Source: an uncultured virus (IMG/VR IMGVR_UViG_3300027749_000050) (taxonomy: Duplodnaviria > Heunggongvirae > Uroviricota > Caudoviricetes). Taken from it: a DNA stretch of 64,000 nt. Positions 1-8,240 of the stretch are shown here, piece by piece. The stretch is taken from the IMG/VR virus record IMGVR_UViG_3300027749_000050; one strand, given 5' to 3'. The notes beneath the pieces were generated by a model, which did not search any database, had not been told where the DNA came from, and saw only the letters and a list, made by a program, of their open reading frames with translations. The position numbers and the translations under genes were made by a program. Position 1 is the first letter of the stretch; each line of letters starts with the position of its first letter.

Positions 1-29
1 AAGCTAAACAAACAGAATTATAAATGAAT

Positions 30-199
30 TAGTATGATTGAGGGTGCCACAATAGTATAGAAGTGAGATCAACAGTACGTACGGTGAACACATTAGTATT
101 AACCCACATGATATATAGGGCCTGGGAATTGAGAACATGTAAGTAACTATGAGGTCAGATGTATCTCTAACTTAGAAACTGTGTCCCTTCAATATACTA
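30..199 (+). ncRNA. Candidate rod-shaped structured RNA (6S-like geometry; identity unknown)
   Basis: The ends are complementary: TAGTAT-ATTGA-GGG-CACA (30-51) pairs with TGTG-CCC-TCAAT-ATACTA (180-199). Inner stems are AAGT-GAGAT-ACA/TGT-ATCTC-ACTT and ACATG/CATGT. The region is noncoding and next to the tRNA-like RNA and tmRNA. Strand is assumed. Confidence 0.35.
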
Positions 200-200
200 T

Positions 201-227
201 TTTGTAAAGTAAATTGCTGTATATTTG
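201..227 (+). promoter_or_regulatory. Bacteroidota sigma-A type promoter (-7 box TAnnTTTG) for the tRNA-like/tmRNA unit
   Basis: TATATTTG at 220-227, about 10 nt upstream of the tRNA-like 5' end. TTTG at 201-204 gives a 15-nt spacer, shorter than canonical. Confidence 0.55.
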
Positions 228-236
228 TAAAATACT

Positions 237-310
237 AGTCAAGTAGCTCCAACATAATAGAGCCCTTACTTGTAGTAGGGAGTGTATGGGAGAATGACCC
301 ATCTTGACTA
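237..310 (+). tRNA. Atypical tRNA-Thr(UGU)-like cloverleaf
   Basis: Acceptor AGTCAAG/CTTGACT, D stem GCTC/GAGC, anticodon arm CCTTA-CTTGTAG-TAGGG, T stem ATGGG/CCCAT. The D loop lacks GG, the T loop is AGAATGA rather than TTCRAAT, and no CCA is encoded. Confidence 0.65.
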
Positions 311-316
311 ATTTAT

Positions 317-760
317 GGGCCTGACCTGGATTTTGACAGAGTAAGGAAGGTAGTATCACATGCAAAGCCTAGTCAGTGGCTAAACAAACTGATTAACAAT
401 AAAAGACAACGTAGAATTATCTACTTGGAGCTTTGATGACATGCTTGCATTCATTGGAGCTGATGAAGCTATTGCAGCCTAGTCAACCGGGGCAGCTGAT
501 AGCCTTGCAACAGAACAGCCACATGTAAAGACAGAGGGTCTTCCTTTGACACTGATCATCCAAGACTATATGATGTAAAAAGAAAGTTAGTTTTCTAGTT
601 CATAAACTAGATGGTGGAGCTGGTGGCTTTTAAACCACTGGTTAGTTCCCTTACGGTGCAAATAACGGGGGTTCATCCTCTTGATTGTTAGTACTAAGCA
701 TGTAAGAATGGTATTATTAGAATTATTTTGGACCAGGGTTCGATTCCCTGCAGGTCCACA
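317..760 (+). ncRNA. ssrA: tmRNA
   Basis: 5' GGGCCTGACCTGGATTTTGAC; 3' T arm CAGGGTTCGATTCCCTG plus CAGGTCC-A; G3:U alanine-identity pair; tag frame 405-482 DNVELSTWSFDDMLAFIGADEAIAA*. Confidence 0.93.
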
Positions 761-797
761 TTCTTTTAACAAAATTAAATAACCAAAAAATTAACTA

Positions 798-1139
798 ATG
801 ATTAAAATGTTTAAAGTGATGAACACACATGATCATCCATCAATTGTACATGAGTATGATATTATAAAAACAATGAATGATGAAGGTAATGAAGAAATTA
901 CCATGTTCAGAAGTTTTAATGATGTATGGGCTGATGGTAAAAAAGGTGAAGAAGTAATTAAAATTATAGATGATGGAGATGGTTATAAATTTCCTAAAAA
1001 ATTATTTACTTCTGATGTAGATTATTGTTTGGCAGCAGAACTTTACATAATTATGACGTTCATTAACAAAACAGAACGTATGCCATTATTTAAAGGAGTT
1101 ATAGAAGAAGTTGTTATTAAAAATAACATAGAAATTTAA
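798..1139 (+). CDS. hypothetical protein
   Basis: 113-aa ORF with an A-rich leader, first gene of a co-oriented run. Confidence 0.75.
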   Translation: MIKMFKVMNTHDHPSIVHEYDIIKTMNDEGNEEITMFRSFNDVWADGKKGEEVIKIIDDGDGYKFPKKLFTSDVDYCLAAELYIIMTFINKTERMPLFKGVIEEVVIKNNIEI

Positions 1140-1142
1140 TTT

Positions 1143-1688
1143 ATGAAAAATTCTCAGTATAAAGAATTAAAAGAAGAGTATATAAAACATCTTATAAGTA
1201 TAATATCAGAAAAAGGTGGATTATTTCCACACATAACAATCTTTGCTGATGTACTTAATCCTAAAGAAGATGAAAAAGATAAACCAGCTATTATTCATAT
1301 TCCTATTCCGGATAAATTTATGAAAGATGATGAATCAAAAGATGAATTTATAGATGAGATAATACCTGATATATTTAAAGATTTAAAGAAAAAGTTTAAT
1401 CCACATGGTGTAGCATGGTCATCAGAAGGATGGATGAGACAATTGGAAAAAGGAGATAAAATGCCTGATAATTACAAAAACCTACCTATTAAAAAAGAGG
1501 TGATAATTGTTACATTAGGTACAAAAGAAAAAGAAGAAGTTATCATCTATGAAATTAAACGTAAAGGTAAACAAATTAATCAAAGTGGAGATTTAGTAGA
1601 TATAATAAAACTAGATAAACTTGACGGAGACCAACCAGAATCAATGGGTGGTAGGTTTTCAGGATTATTTAAAAAATTTAATGACTAA
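1143..1688 (+). CDS. hypothetical protein
   Basis: 181-aa ORF starting 3 nt after the previous stop. Confidence 0.8.
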   Translation: MKNSQYKELKEEYIKHLISIISEKGGLFPHITIFADVLNPKEDEKDKPAIIHIPIPDKFMKDDESKDEFIDEIIPDIFKDLKKKFNPHGVAWSSEGWMRQLEKGDKMPDNYKNLPIKKEVIIVTLGTKEKEEVIIYEIKRKGKQINQSGDLVDIIKLDKLDGDQPESMGGRFSGLFKKFND

Positions 1689-1699
1689 ATATAAAAAAA

Positions 1700-1891
1700 A
1701 TGAATTGGATTAGTAGTGTATTTACAGGAAAAAAGAAATTAATGAAAGAACTAGATAATACTAAAGAAGCTTTAAAAGAGTGTAATAGTAAACTTTTAGA
1801 AAAACAAGAACATATTAATCAGACTAATGCATATTGGAAGAAAAAAATGCATGAAAGTAAGTCAAAGAAGCCTATAAAAAAAGAATTATAG
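1700..1891 (+). CDS. small coiled-coil hypothetical protein
   Basis: 63-aa ORF with an A-rich leader. Confidence 0.7.
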   Translation: MNWISSVFTGKKKLMKELDNTKEALKECNSKLLEKQEHINQTNAYWKKKMHESKSKKPIKKEL

Positions 1892-1969
1892 CTCTATCAT
1901 CCATTGTTATTTGCATAATACCTTATATTTTATTAATAATGAGTTATTTTTATAACAAATTAATATATA

Positions 1970-2227
1970 ATGTTTTACCAATTACCAAATGGAAAAGTGA
2001 TTGAAATTAGTACAGAACAGTTTGTTGAAATGTCTGATGAAGATTTTGAATATCTAATAGCCTATAATTATGGTGATGTAGTGGAAAACCCATGGCACGG
2101 ATCTATATTAAGTAAACATGATAGAATTCATGATGAAGGCTTAGATGATATTACTCCTGATTTAACAAACATTCCAAGAATAGATAAACTTACTGATCTT
2201 GATATAGACTTAGATTTAGAAGATTAA
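1970..2227 (+). CDS. small acidic phage protein
   Basis: 85-aa ORF (YQLPNGK... N-terminus, acidic C-terminus) followed by a terminator. Confidence 0.8.
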   Translation: MFYQLPNGKVIEISTEQFVEMSDEDFEYLIAYNYGDVVENPWHGSILSKHDRIHDEGLDDITPDLTNIPRIDKLTDLDIDLDLED

Positions 2228-2252
2228 TACTATTTTATACCTTTTAACAACA

Positions 2253-2283
2253 CCCCAACCTGAAATAGGTATGGGGATTTTTT
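2253..2283 (+). terminator. intrinsic terminator
   Basis: CCCCA-ACCT/AGGT-ATGGGG hairpin followed by a T tract. Confidence 0.7.
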
Positions 2284-2306
2284 ATTTATAAACAAAAACA
2301 AAACAC

Positions 2307-2786
2307 ATGGACAACAGTGTAAAAGTTGCTGCTGACAAAAACGGTAATGTCATCGGTGTATCAGAAAACAACCCAGAGTATGGGTACATCCGTATAGAAC
2401 AAGTAGCCACACAAATCAGTAATGATGGTTGGTTAAGAAATGTAAAAAGATCTGCTCTAATTAAAGGTAAAGTAGAGGATTTAATTGATTGTGCTTACCA
2501 AGAAGGTGAAGTATTACAAGGTAAGATTATTGTTGTTGAGTCATTTAAACCATTCAATAGTTTAAGTCCTGATAGAGATTTAAAGATTGCTGGTTCTACT
2601 GGTATTATATGCCGTTTAGATGACCAACCAATTTATAGACAAACATTCTATACAACGAATGCTAATGCTGTAGATGAGTTAATCACTCATAATAATTCAG
2701 AGGAAATTAAAGAAGTTTTAGCTGCACAACGTGCAATGGGTTCTTTAAGTAACAGAAAGTCTTCTGTAAAAGAACCTGAACTTTAA
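2307..2786 (+). CDS. phage protein, possibly OB-fold/ssDNA-binding
   Basis: 159-aa beta-rich ORF between two terminators with an A-rich leader; the function is an inference. Confidence 0.6.
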   Translation: MDNSVKVAADKNGNVIGVSENNPEYGYIRIEQVATQISNDGWLRNVKRSALIKGKVEDLIDCAYQEGEVLQGKIIVVESFKPFNSLSPDRDLKIAGSTGIICRLDDQPIYRQTFYTTNANAVDELITHNNSEEIKEVLAAQRAMGSLSNRKSSVKEPEL

Positions 2787-2803
2787 TTAGTTCATATGTA
2801 AAT

Positions 2804-2832
2804 AAAAGAGCTGTAGAGATACAGCTCTTTTT
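2804..2832 (+). terminator. intrinsic terminator
   Basis: AAAAGAGCTGTA/TACAGCTCTTTT perfect inverted repeat with a T tract. Confidence 0.85.
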
Positions 2833-2858
2833 ATATAAATCCCTTTAAATTAAATAAA

Positions 2859-3395
2859 ATGTTTAAAAACAATCAAAGCAAGACTGTGTCTTGTAACTCT
2901 AATGGTATAGTTATATCATATGGAGATGCTAACAAGCATCAATTCATGAAGTATGAAACACCTGCTCATGTAAAAAAGATTCAATTAGAAGGTATTGTAA
3001 AGTATCAGAAAATTGAAAAGAAATTTAAAATGAACCCCAAACAAAAAGATGTTTATGCTAAAACTATCTACGGATTTAAAGCATACACTCAACAGGAAAT
3101 TAGTACACTCTCTGAACAAGCACGAATTGATGTTAGAACTAACTATTCTAAAGTACAACGTATATTACGTAATTGGAAACAAGACATCACCTTTAGTAAT
3201 TTAGATAGATTTTTATTAGCTTTATTTCCTAATTCACCTGTTATAAAAATAATGTGTTTAGCTACTGGTCATATAGATTATATTCCTGAAGAAGATGAAA
3301 TATCATTTAAAGACCTTGGTATTAAACAAGAACATATTATTGCTAAACTTATGCAGGTTGAGTTATTACCTAAAAACTTTTATAATTTAACATGA
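2859..3395 (+). CDS. hypothetical protein
   Basis: 178-aa ORF with an ATGA overlap to the next gene. Confidence 0.8.
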   Translation: MFKNNQSKTVSCNSNGIVISYGDANKHQFMKYETPAHVKKIQLEGIVKYQKIEKKFKMNPKQKDVYAKTIYGFKAYTQQEISTLSEQARIDVRTNYSKVQRILRNWKQDITFSNLDRFLLALFPNSPVIKIMCLATGHIDYIPEEDEISFKDLGIKQEHIIAKLMQVELLPKNFYNLT

Positions 3396-3790
3396 GTATA
3401 CAAATTAAACTTAAGAAATGTGCTGGATGTGAAGAACTAAAACACATATGGAAATCACATGGTAAGGATAAGTTTTGCAAGCAATGTTGGTATAACATTG
3501 AGAAACCTAAGTCTATTTCCCCTGTCTCTGCAAAGAGACGGGGTGAAATGGATACTTATGGTAAATTAAGAGAAGCTTTCTTAGTAGTTAAACTACATTG
3601 TGAAGCTAAACTAGTAGGTTGTACAGCCAAAGCAACAGATGTACACCACAAAGCTGGTAGAGTGGGTGATAACTACTTAAAAGTAGGCACTTGGTTGCCT
3701 GTATGTAGATCATGCCATAAATTTATAGAAGAGAATCCTTTAGAAGCAAAAGAACTTGGGTTCTCTGAGTCTAGACTTAATGAGTCATAA
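3392..3790 (+). CDS. Zn-binding HNH-type nuclease
   Basis: N-terminal CxxC...CxxC; C-terminal CEAK..GCT..ATDVHH...VCRSCH betabeta-alpha-Me motif. Confidence 0.75.
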   Translation: MSIQIKLKKCAGCEELKHIWKSHGKDKFCKQCWYNIEKPKSISPVSAKRRGEMDTYGKLREAFLVVKLHCEAKLVGCTAKATDVHHKAGRVGDNYLKVGTWLPVCRSCHKFIEENPLEAKELGFSESRLNES

Positions 3791-3797
3791 AAGGTAC

Positions 3798-3942
3798 AAA
3801 ATGTAGCATATAACCATCATTAATGACACATTATGCCCTTAATGTTGGTTATAACATACATTTTAGCCTATTTTGTAGATAATAAACAACATGCATGAGA
3901 TTTTAGGAAAAATTCATGCAAATAATGGTACTAATAGTACCA
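3798..3942. repeat. intergenic hairpin array 1 (three inverted repeats)
   Basis: AAAATGTA..TATAACCA..CATTAA/TTAATG..TGGTTATA..TACATTTT (3798-3864); TGCATGA/TCATGCA (3892-3920); TGGTACT/AGTACCA (3926-3942). Confidence 0.75.
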
Positions 3943-3963
3943 ATAACAAAATAAATTTAAACT

Positions 3964-4059
3964 ATGGCAACAATAGCAGTATTTATAGGAATTATTTTTA
4001 TAGCATTAGTATTAAAAGGAATTGTTGATATTTTAAAACAAATAAAAAATATTTTATGA
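3964..4059 (+). CDS. 31-aa single-TM peptide (not in ORF track)
   Basis: MATIAVFIGIIFIALVLKGIVDILKQIKNIL*, ATGA-coupled to 4056. Confidence 0.65.
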   Translation: MATIAVFIGIIFIALVLKGIVDILKQIKNIL

Positions 4060-4283
4060 AAAAGATAAAATTTACTGAAGAAGAATGGGCTAAATTAAAT
4101 AATGGAAGTAAGGGAAGTGATAAAGTAGAAGTTCCCCAACAAGAAATATCAGATGAAGAAATAGAAGCTGCAGCTTTAACTTTTGCAGAAGAAGAAAGTT
4201 ATGGTGAGCTAAGTACTGACTTATGGAAAGGTTATGTATTTGGTGCTAAAAGAATGAGAGACAGATTAAAACAAAATCTATAA
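4056..4283 (+). CDS. small hypothetical protein
   Basis: 75-aa ORF containing a PQQEISDEEIE module. Confidence 0.7.
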   Translation: MKKIKFTEEEWAKLNNGSKGSDKVEVPQQEISDEEIEAAALTFAEEESYGELSTDLWKGYVFGAKRMRDRLKQNL

Positions 4284-4285
4284 CT

Positions 4286-4368
4286 TGGCAGTAAAATGAG
4301 TTTAGTGCCATTTTATAGAATATTTCCTATTAAAACATTAAAAAACATTAAAAACATAGAAAATTTTC
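4286..4368. repeat. intergenic hairpin array 2 with tandem repeat loop
   Basis: TGGCAGTAAA/TTTAGTGCCA (4286-4310); GAATATTTCCTAT/ATAGAAAATTTTC (4318-4368) enclosing three TAAAA(A)CAT copies. Confidence 0.6.
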
Positions 4369-4372
4369 CATT

Positions 4373-4561
4373 ATGGCACTAATTATTGACCCACCATCAG
4401 GATGGCAATATGGGTTTCCTAAACCTATTCCTGAAGATAGAAGATATGACTCTCTAACTTGGTTAGTAGAAAATGGCTATCCACAACATCTAATAGATGA
4501 ATTAGGTGAGCATTTCTATTGTAGATATTGGGAACAACCAGATGGTGAAGGTGATGAATAG
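4373..4561 (+). CDS. small phage protein (IDPPSGWxYGFPK type)
   Basis: 62-aa ORF with protein-like aromatic/Pro motifs. Confidence 0.75.
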   Translation: MALIIDPPSGWQYGFPKPIPEDRRYDSLTWLVENGYPQHLIDELGEHFYCRYWEQPDGEGDE

Positions 4562-4566
4562 CACAA

Positions 4567-4707
4567 TAGAATGTGCAATAAGTCAAGTTTTTTGCACATT
4601 CTAGTTGACATTCCTGTCTCAAATTTAGGAGATATTTGGGACAAGATTGTCACAGATATTTGAAGAATTGTGACGTTTTATATCCTAAAAGTCAGGTTAA
4701 AACTGAC
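4567..4707. repeat. intergenic hairpin array 3 (four to five abutting inverted repeats)
   Basis: TAGAATGTGCAA/TTGCACATTCTA perfect 12 bp (4567-4603); TGTCTCAAAT/ATTTGGGACA (4615-4643); GTCACA/TGTGAC (4649-4674); GTCAG/CTGAC (4691-4707). Confidence 0.8.
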
Positions 4708-4723
4708 ACAAAACCTATAAAAG

Positions 4724-5062
4724 ATGAGTAATGAAAAAGCTACATTCTCTTTAGCTAAAGGATTACATCATATTAATATAGCTAAACAGTATTTTGAAGA
4801 TTTTAAGATAGACTGTACAGGAGATATTAAACATGCTGTAAATGGGTATATAAACAAATGTGATTTTATACTAAATAACATATTTGATAGATTAGGAGAA
4901 GAAACACGTAAAGTGTATAAAGAAGAAATATCTGACTCATTAAGCTTAGAGTCCATTAATGACAAACTGATGATATTAGACACTGCTCAACGTCTTGAAC
5001 TAGAAGATATGTTAGATGCAATTACTAAAGGTAAAAAAGTTACAGTTAAAATTGATGACTAA
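4724..5062 (+). CDS. hypothetical protein
   Basis: 112-aa ORF with a TAATG overlap to the next gene. Confidence 0.75.
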   Translation: MSNEKATFSLAKGLHHINIAKQYFEDFKIDCTGDIKHAVNGYINKCDFILNNIFDRLGEETRKVYKEEISDSLSLESINDKLMILDTAQRLELEDMLDAITKGKKVTVKIDD

Positions 5063-5244
5063 TGGAAAAAGCAATTATTAAATTCAATGGAGGCAATCTA
5101 GCATTACTATGCAGTGGCTGTAGTGTAATTATTAAAACTGGTGTAGACTTTACACCAGAAGAACTTGAGTTTACTTTAGGTAAACGTAAAGAAGTGTTAC
5201 CACCACAATATTGTGAAAAATGTAAATCAAAAGAAAATGTTTGA
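5062..5244 (+). CDS. small Zn-ribbon protein
   Basis: KFNGG..ALLCSGC...YCEKC (two CxxC pairs). Confidence 0.7.
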   Translation: MEKAIIKFNGGNLALLCSGCSVIIKTGVDFTPEELEFTLGKRKEVLPPQYCEKCKSKENV

Positions 5245-5392
5245 AACTTTATTAGAAAAACAAATAGAACTAGAGCAAATTAATGATGCTATAATTGCTA
5301 AACAAAAAGCATATATAACACAATTAGAACTGCATATAGAAGAACTACATGCAGTTATTAAAAAACATTTAATAAAAGAACCAGAATTATGA
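5237..5392 (+). CDS. 51-aa coiled-coil protein (not in ORF track)
   Basis: MFETLLEKQIELEQ...KEPEL* fills the gap and is ATGA-coupled to 5389. Confidence 0.65.
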   Translation: MFETLLEKQIELEQINDAIIAKQKAYITQLELHIEELHAVIKKHLIKEPEL

Positions 5393-5772
5393 GTCATCCT
5401 TACCACCATAGTATTTCTTCAGCTAAGAAGCATGGAGGAATCTGGCAAGATTATATAAATATACACAACTGGTTTGATGAAACTAAAGCTCATTACCCAG
5501 ACATGAGGCATAGAGCCTTAAGACATCACTCAGAAGGTATCTTTTGGTGTGAGAAAGAGTTTGGTGTAATAATTATAAATAAAGATGGTAAATCTATTCC
5601 TGTAAGAACTATAGCTGAACAACATCTTATGGAAGACATAGGACGTATACCAACTATAAAAGACTATCTAGATTGTATGACACAAGAAGGATGGATGTAT
5701 AAACCTGGAGAAGGTAGAAAAATGTTAAAAGAAATTAAAGAAGAAAAATTAGATTACACAACAAACATTTAA
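5389..5772 (+). CDS. DUF6915-like His-rich protein
   Basis: HPYHHSISSAKKHGG, HNWFDETK, HRALRHHSEG, EQHLMED.G.IPT..DYL motifs. Confidence 0.75.
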   Translation: MSHPYHHSISSAKKHGGIWQDYINIHNWFDETKAHYPDMRHRALRHHSEGIFWCEKEFGVIIINKDGKSIPVRTIAEQHLMEDIGRIPTIKDYLDCMTQEGWMYKPGEGRKMLKEIKEEKLDYTTNI

Positions 5773-5774
5773 AC

Positions 5775-6011
5775 ATGACATTTATAGAGTTTTGGGAAGA
5801 ACTTGAAAAGTTAGGAGTTACAGATATAAAACAACCTAAAAATATATTCTTTTTTGCAGAATGTTATATACCTAAAGTTGGTAAAATATTAATTGCAGAA
5901 GAACCTTTATCTGAAGGAGGTTTTGATATAGAATTATGTGAACATAAAGTTGAAAATGAGCCAAGATTATCTTTATCTGAAGCTTTAGTAAAAATAAAAA
6001 AACTTAAATAA
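5775..6011 (+). CDS. hypothetical protein
   Basis: 78-aa ORF tightly packed in the operon. Confidence 0.7.
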   Translation: MTFIEFWEELEKLGVTDIKQPKNIFFFAECYIPKVGKILIAEEPLSEGGFDIELCEHKVENEPRLSLSEALVKIKKLK

Positions 6012-6012
6012 C

Positions 6013-6717
6013 ATGAAAAAATCAATTTTAAAATGGATTGAAAACCTTGATAACGAAGGTAAAGAACTATCTATAGGCTGGGAAGGTGGAGGAGACTCTG
6101 GCTGGGCTTATTTTCAAGTAGATGGAGATAACGTTGATAATGAATATACAGAAGCTATTTTAGACTATATGTATAATGAATTAAACTATGGAGGTTGGGC
6201 TGGAGAATTTAATGCTAATGGTACAGCTATATATGATGTTCCAACAAAAACTTTTGAAGGAACAGATTACTATGGTGAAGATGGAAATGATGTAATAGAT
6301 ACTACAATTATAATCCAAGTTCCTAAGAAATTATGGTTTGATACACTTCATGTAGAATGTGAAAGCAACTATGATGAAACACCAAATATGTCTATACAAT
6401 TTATTGTAAAAAATGGCTTTCTTGTTCAGGAACATTCAGATATTTGTCATAACTTAGAGGAGGTTTTGAAAGATGATTTTGAAGCTCTTTTTAGTAATTA
6501 TGAATCAACAGATAGTTGTGAATTTAGAGGTTGCAATGACAGCTGGATTTTAGAAAGAAAAGATGCTGTTGAAGAAGATGATATGTTAGTTTTTAAAATA
6601 GATAAGGTAGAGATTCAAACAATAGATACTGAAGAAAGAAATGTTGTATTAGAACTAACAGATGAACTTATTAACAGTATTGATGAAAAACTAAATGAAA
6701 AAGAAAATGCAAATTGA
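6013..6717 (+). CDS. DUF6878-like acidic protein
   Basis: WEGGGDSG motif and downstream GW.GE...NG motif; very acidic. Confidence 0.6.
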   Translation: MKKSILKWIENLDNEGKELSIGWEGGGDSGWAYFQVDGDNVDNEYTEAILDYMYNELNYGGWAGEFNANGTAIYDVPTKTFEGTDYYGEDGNDVIDTTIIIQVPKKLWFDTLHVECESNYDETPNMSIQFIVKNGFLVQEHSDICHNLEEVLKDDFEALFSNYESTDSCEFRGCNDSWILERKDAVEEDDMLVFKIDKVEIQTIDTEERNVVLELTDELINSIDEKLNEKENAN

Positions 6718-7459
6718 TTATGCAAAACAAGAATATATAGTTAACAATAGACCAGGCTTTAAATTAAATGAAGCTTTGAAACTATGGAAAACTAAATATC
6801 AAAATGATTATAGAGATTTTGAAAAAGAAGTGATAACACACGAAAGTCTTAATGACTTTAATGAATTTGTATCTAGTATGTGGCCTCTTATAGAACCTGT
6901 AACAGTTCAAGATGCTCTATTACAAGAAAATACAGAGGATAGACGTGTATACTTTGATGCTATTGGTATAGAAAAACTATTTAAATCATTAGATCCTAAG
7001 CTTCTAGACAAACAAGTAATTGATAAGAAAAGAACAAAATGGGATGATGATAATAAAGAGTATGAGTATGTTTTTGAAGATATCTATGAGCTTTATGAAA
7101 TAGATGGTAAAAAGTTATATAATAAAGACAGATGGGGCAATGAACCTCAACCTATATATGCTGTAAGATGCTGGTGCACTACTACTAATCGTGAGTATTG
7201 GTTGTATGTACCAAGAGAAGCAGCATTAGGAGCTAGATGGTGGGCAACTGGAGATGAAGCAGAACAACCAGATGCTATACGTGCAATTGCCTGGACTGTA
7301 CGTATAGATGTACCAGAAGAGAATGTAGAGATGATATATAGACAAGGTGATATCATTGTAGCTAAGATGAAAGACTCTGCTAAAGCTACAGAAACCACCT
7401 TTAATCCATATCATCTTTCTAAAGAACAATATTTATCATTAATGTATTCAGAAACATAA
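6695..7459 (+). CDS. DUF6745-like protein
   Basis: ENTEDRRV...IGIE, VRCWCTTTNREYWLYVP, AIAWT, RQGD, ends in SET. The start may be the second Met (6707). Confidence 0.7.
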   Translation: MKKKMQIDYAKQEYIVNNRPGFKLNEALKLWKTKYQNDYRDFEKEVITHESLNDFNEFVSSMWPLIEPVTVQDALLQENTEDRRVYFDAIGIEKLFKSLDPKLLDKQVIDKKRTKWDDDNKEYEYVFEDIYELYEIDGKKLYNKDRWGNEPQPIYAVRCWCTTTNREYWLYVPREAALGARWWATGDEAEQPDAIRAIAWTVRIDVPEENVEMIYRQGDIIVAKMKDSAKATETTFNPYHLSKEQYLSLMYSET

Positions 7460-7581
7460 TGGCAAAAGTAGCAGGAATACTAGCAATCTGTTTGTTTACA
7501 CTAATGTTAATAGCAGCAGTGGCTGGTTTAATATCCATTTTTAAACAATTTAAAAAATTAGACGATTGGGAACAAAATTAA
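7459..7581 (+). CDS. 40-aa single-TM peptide (not in ORF track)
   Basis: MAKVAGILAICLFTLMLIAAVAGLISIFKQFKKLDDWEQN*, TAATG-coupled to the previous gene. Confidence 0.6.
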   Translation: MAKVAGILAICLFTLMLIAAVAGLISIFKQFKKLDDWEQN

Positions 7582-8045
7582 TTGGTCATGTAGGAGTTGA
7601 TTCAGGTCAGCTCCTACTGTGTGACCCATGTTATATAGATAGTCAATGGGAGAAAGAAGACTTTGAAGACTTCAGAACTTACCAACACAAAGACACAGGT
7701 AAAGAACTTACCTATAGAATAGATTTTAGAAACTACCAAGAACCTATTGAAATATATGGTGGTAAAAACATGAATGAATTAATTGCTACAGGTGAATGGG
7801 AAGAAATAGCAGGTACTAAAGCAATACATCCATTTAGTTATAATGCATGTGCTCATGTCACTCTATCAGAAGATGGACATGGTGAACTTAGGTTTAAACA
7901 TGGAAATGAAGGTGTTGGTGTAGCATTCAGTACAGCATTTGGAGATGGAATGTATCCAGTGATAGCACACTATATGGCTGATGGTACACTAAGAAGTGTA
8001 GAAGTGTTATTTCAAAATGATGATGACGATGATATAGAAGATTAA
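7566..8045 (+). CDS. DUF4241-like protein
   Basis: GVDSGQLLLCDPCY and FSTAFGDGMYPV motifs; TTG start. Confidence 0.7.
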   Translation: MGTKLIGHVGVDSGQLLLCDPCYIDSQWEKEDFEDFRTYQHKDTGKELTYRIDFRNYQEPIEIYGGKNMNELIATGEWEEIAGTKAIHPFSYNACAHVTLSEDGHGELRFKHGNEGVGVAFSTAFGDGMYPVIAHYMADGTLRSVEVLFQNDDDDDIED

Positions 8046-8066
8046 ATAACTTACTAACCTGTTACA

Positions 8067-8240
8067 ATGAAAACCTTTTATTGGATTAGCTTCACTAAAT
8101 GGAACACCTATAAATTTTTATCAGTAAAAAATGGCTACTTTTTAGCCAAAAGAATATATTATAAAGGATGGAGATGGACTCCATTCATTAAAGTATCTTA
8201 TCACAAATATAAAAACACATACAATTATGGAAAAAAGTAA
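8067..8240 (+). CDS. 57-aa basic/aromatic peptide (not in ORF track)
   Basis: MKTFYWISFTKW...NYGKK* fills the gap and overlaps the start at 8227. Confidence 0.45.
   Translation: MKTFYWISFTKWNTYKFLSVKNGYFLAKRIYYKGWRWTPFIKVSYHKYKNTYNYGKK

Noticed and set aside
265..281. Reading the tRNA as Tyr(GTA) or as a suppressor
   Set aside because: The anticodon stem pairs only when TGT is centred in a 7-nt loop.
587..772. 61-aa minus-strand ORF
   Set aside because: Antisense to the tmRNA 3' half; a shadow ORF.
4425..4622. 65-aa minus-strand ORF
   Set aside because: It overlaps a better + strand gene and the hairpin array, and has a non-ATG start.
3798..4707. CRISPR array or integron attC cassettes
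   Set aside because: There are no direct repeats with regular spacers, no consistent RYYYAAC/GTTRRRY ends, and no cas or integrase gene in the window.
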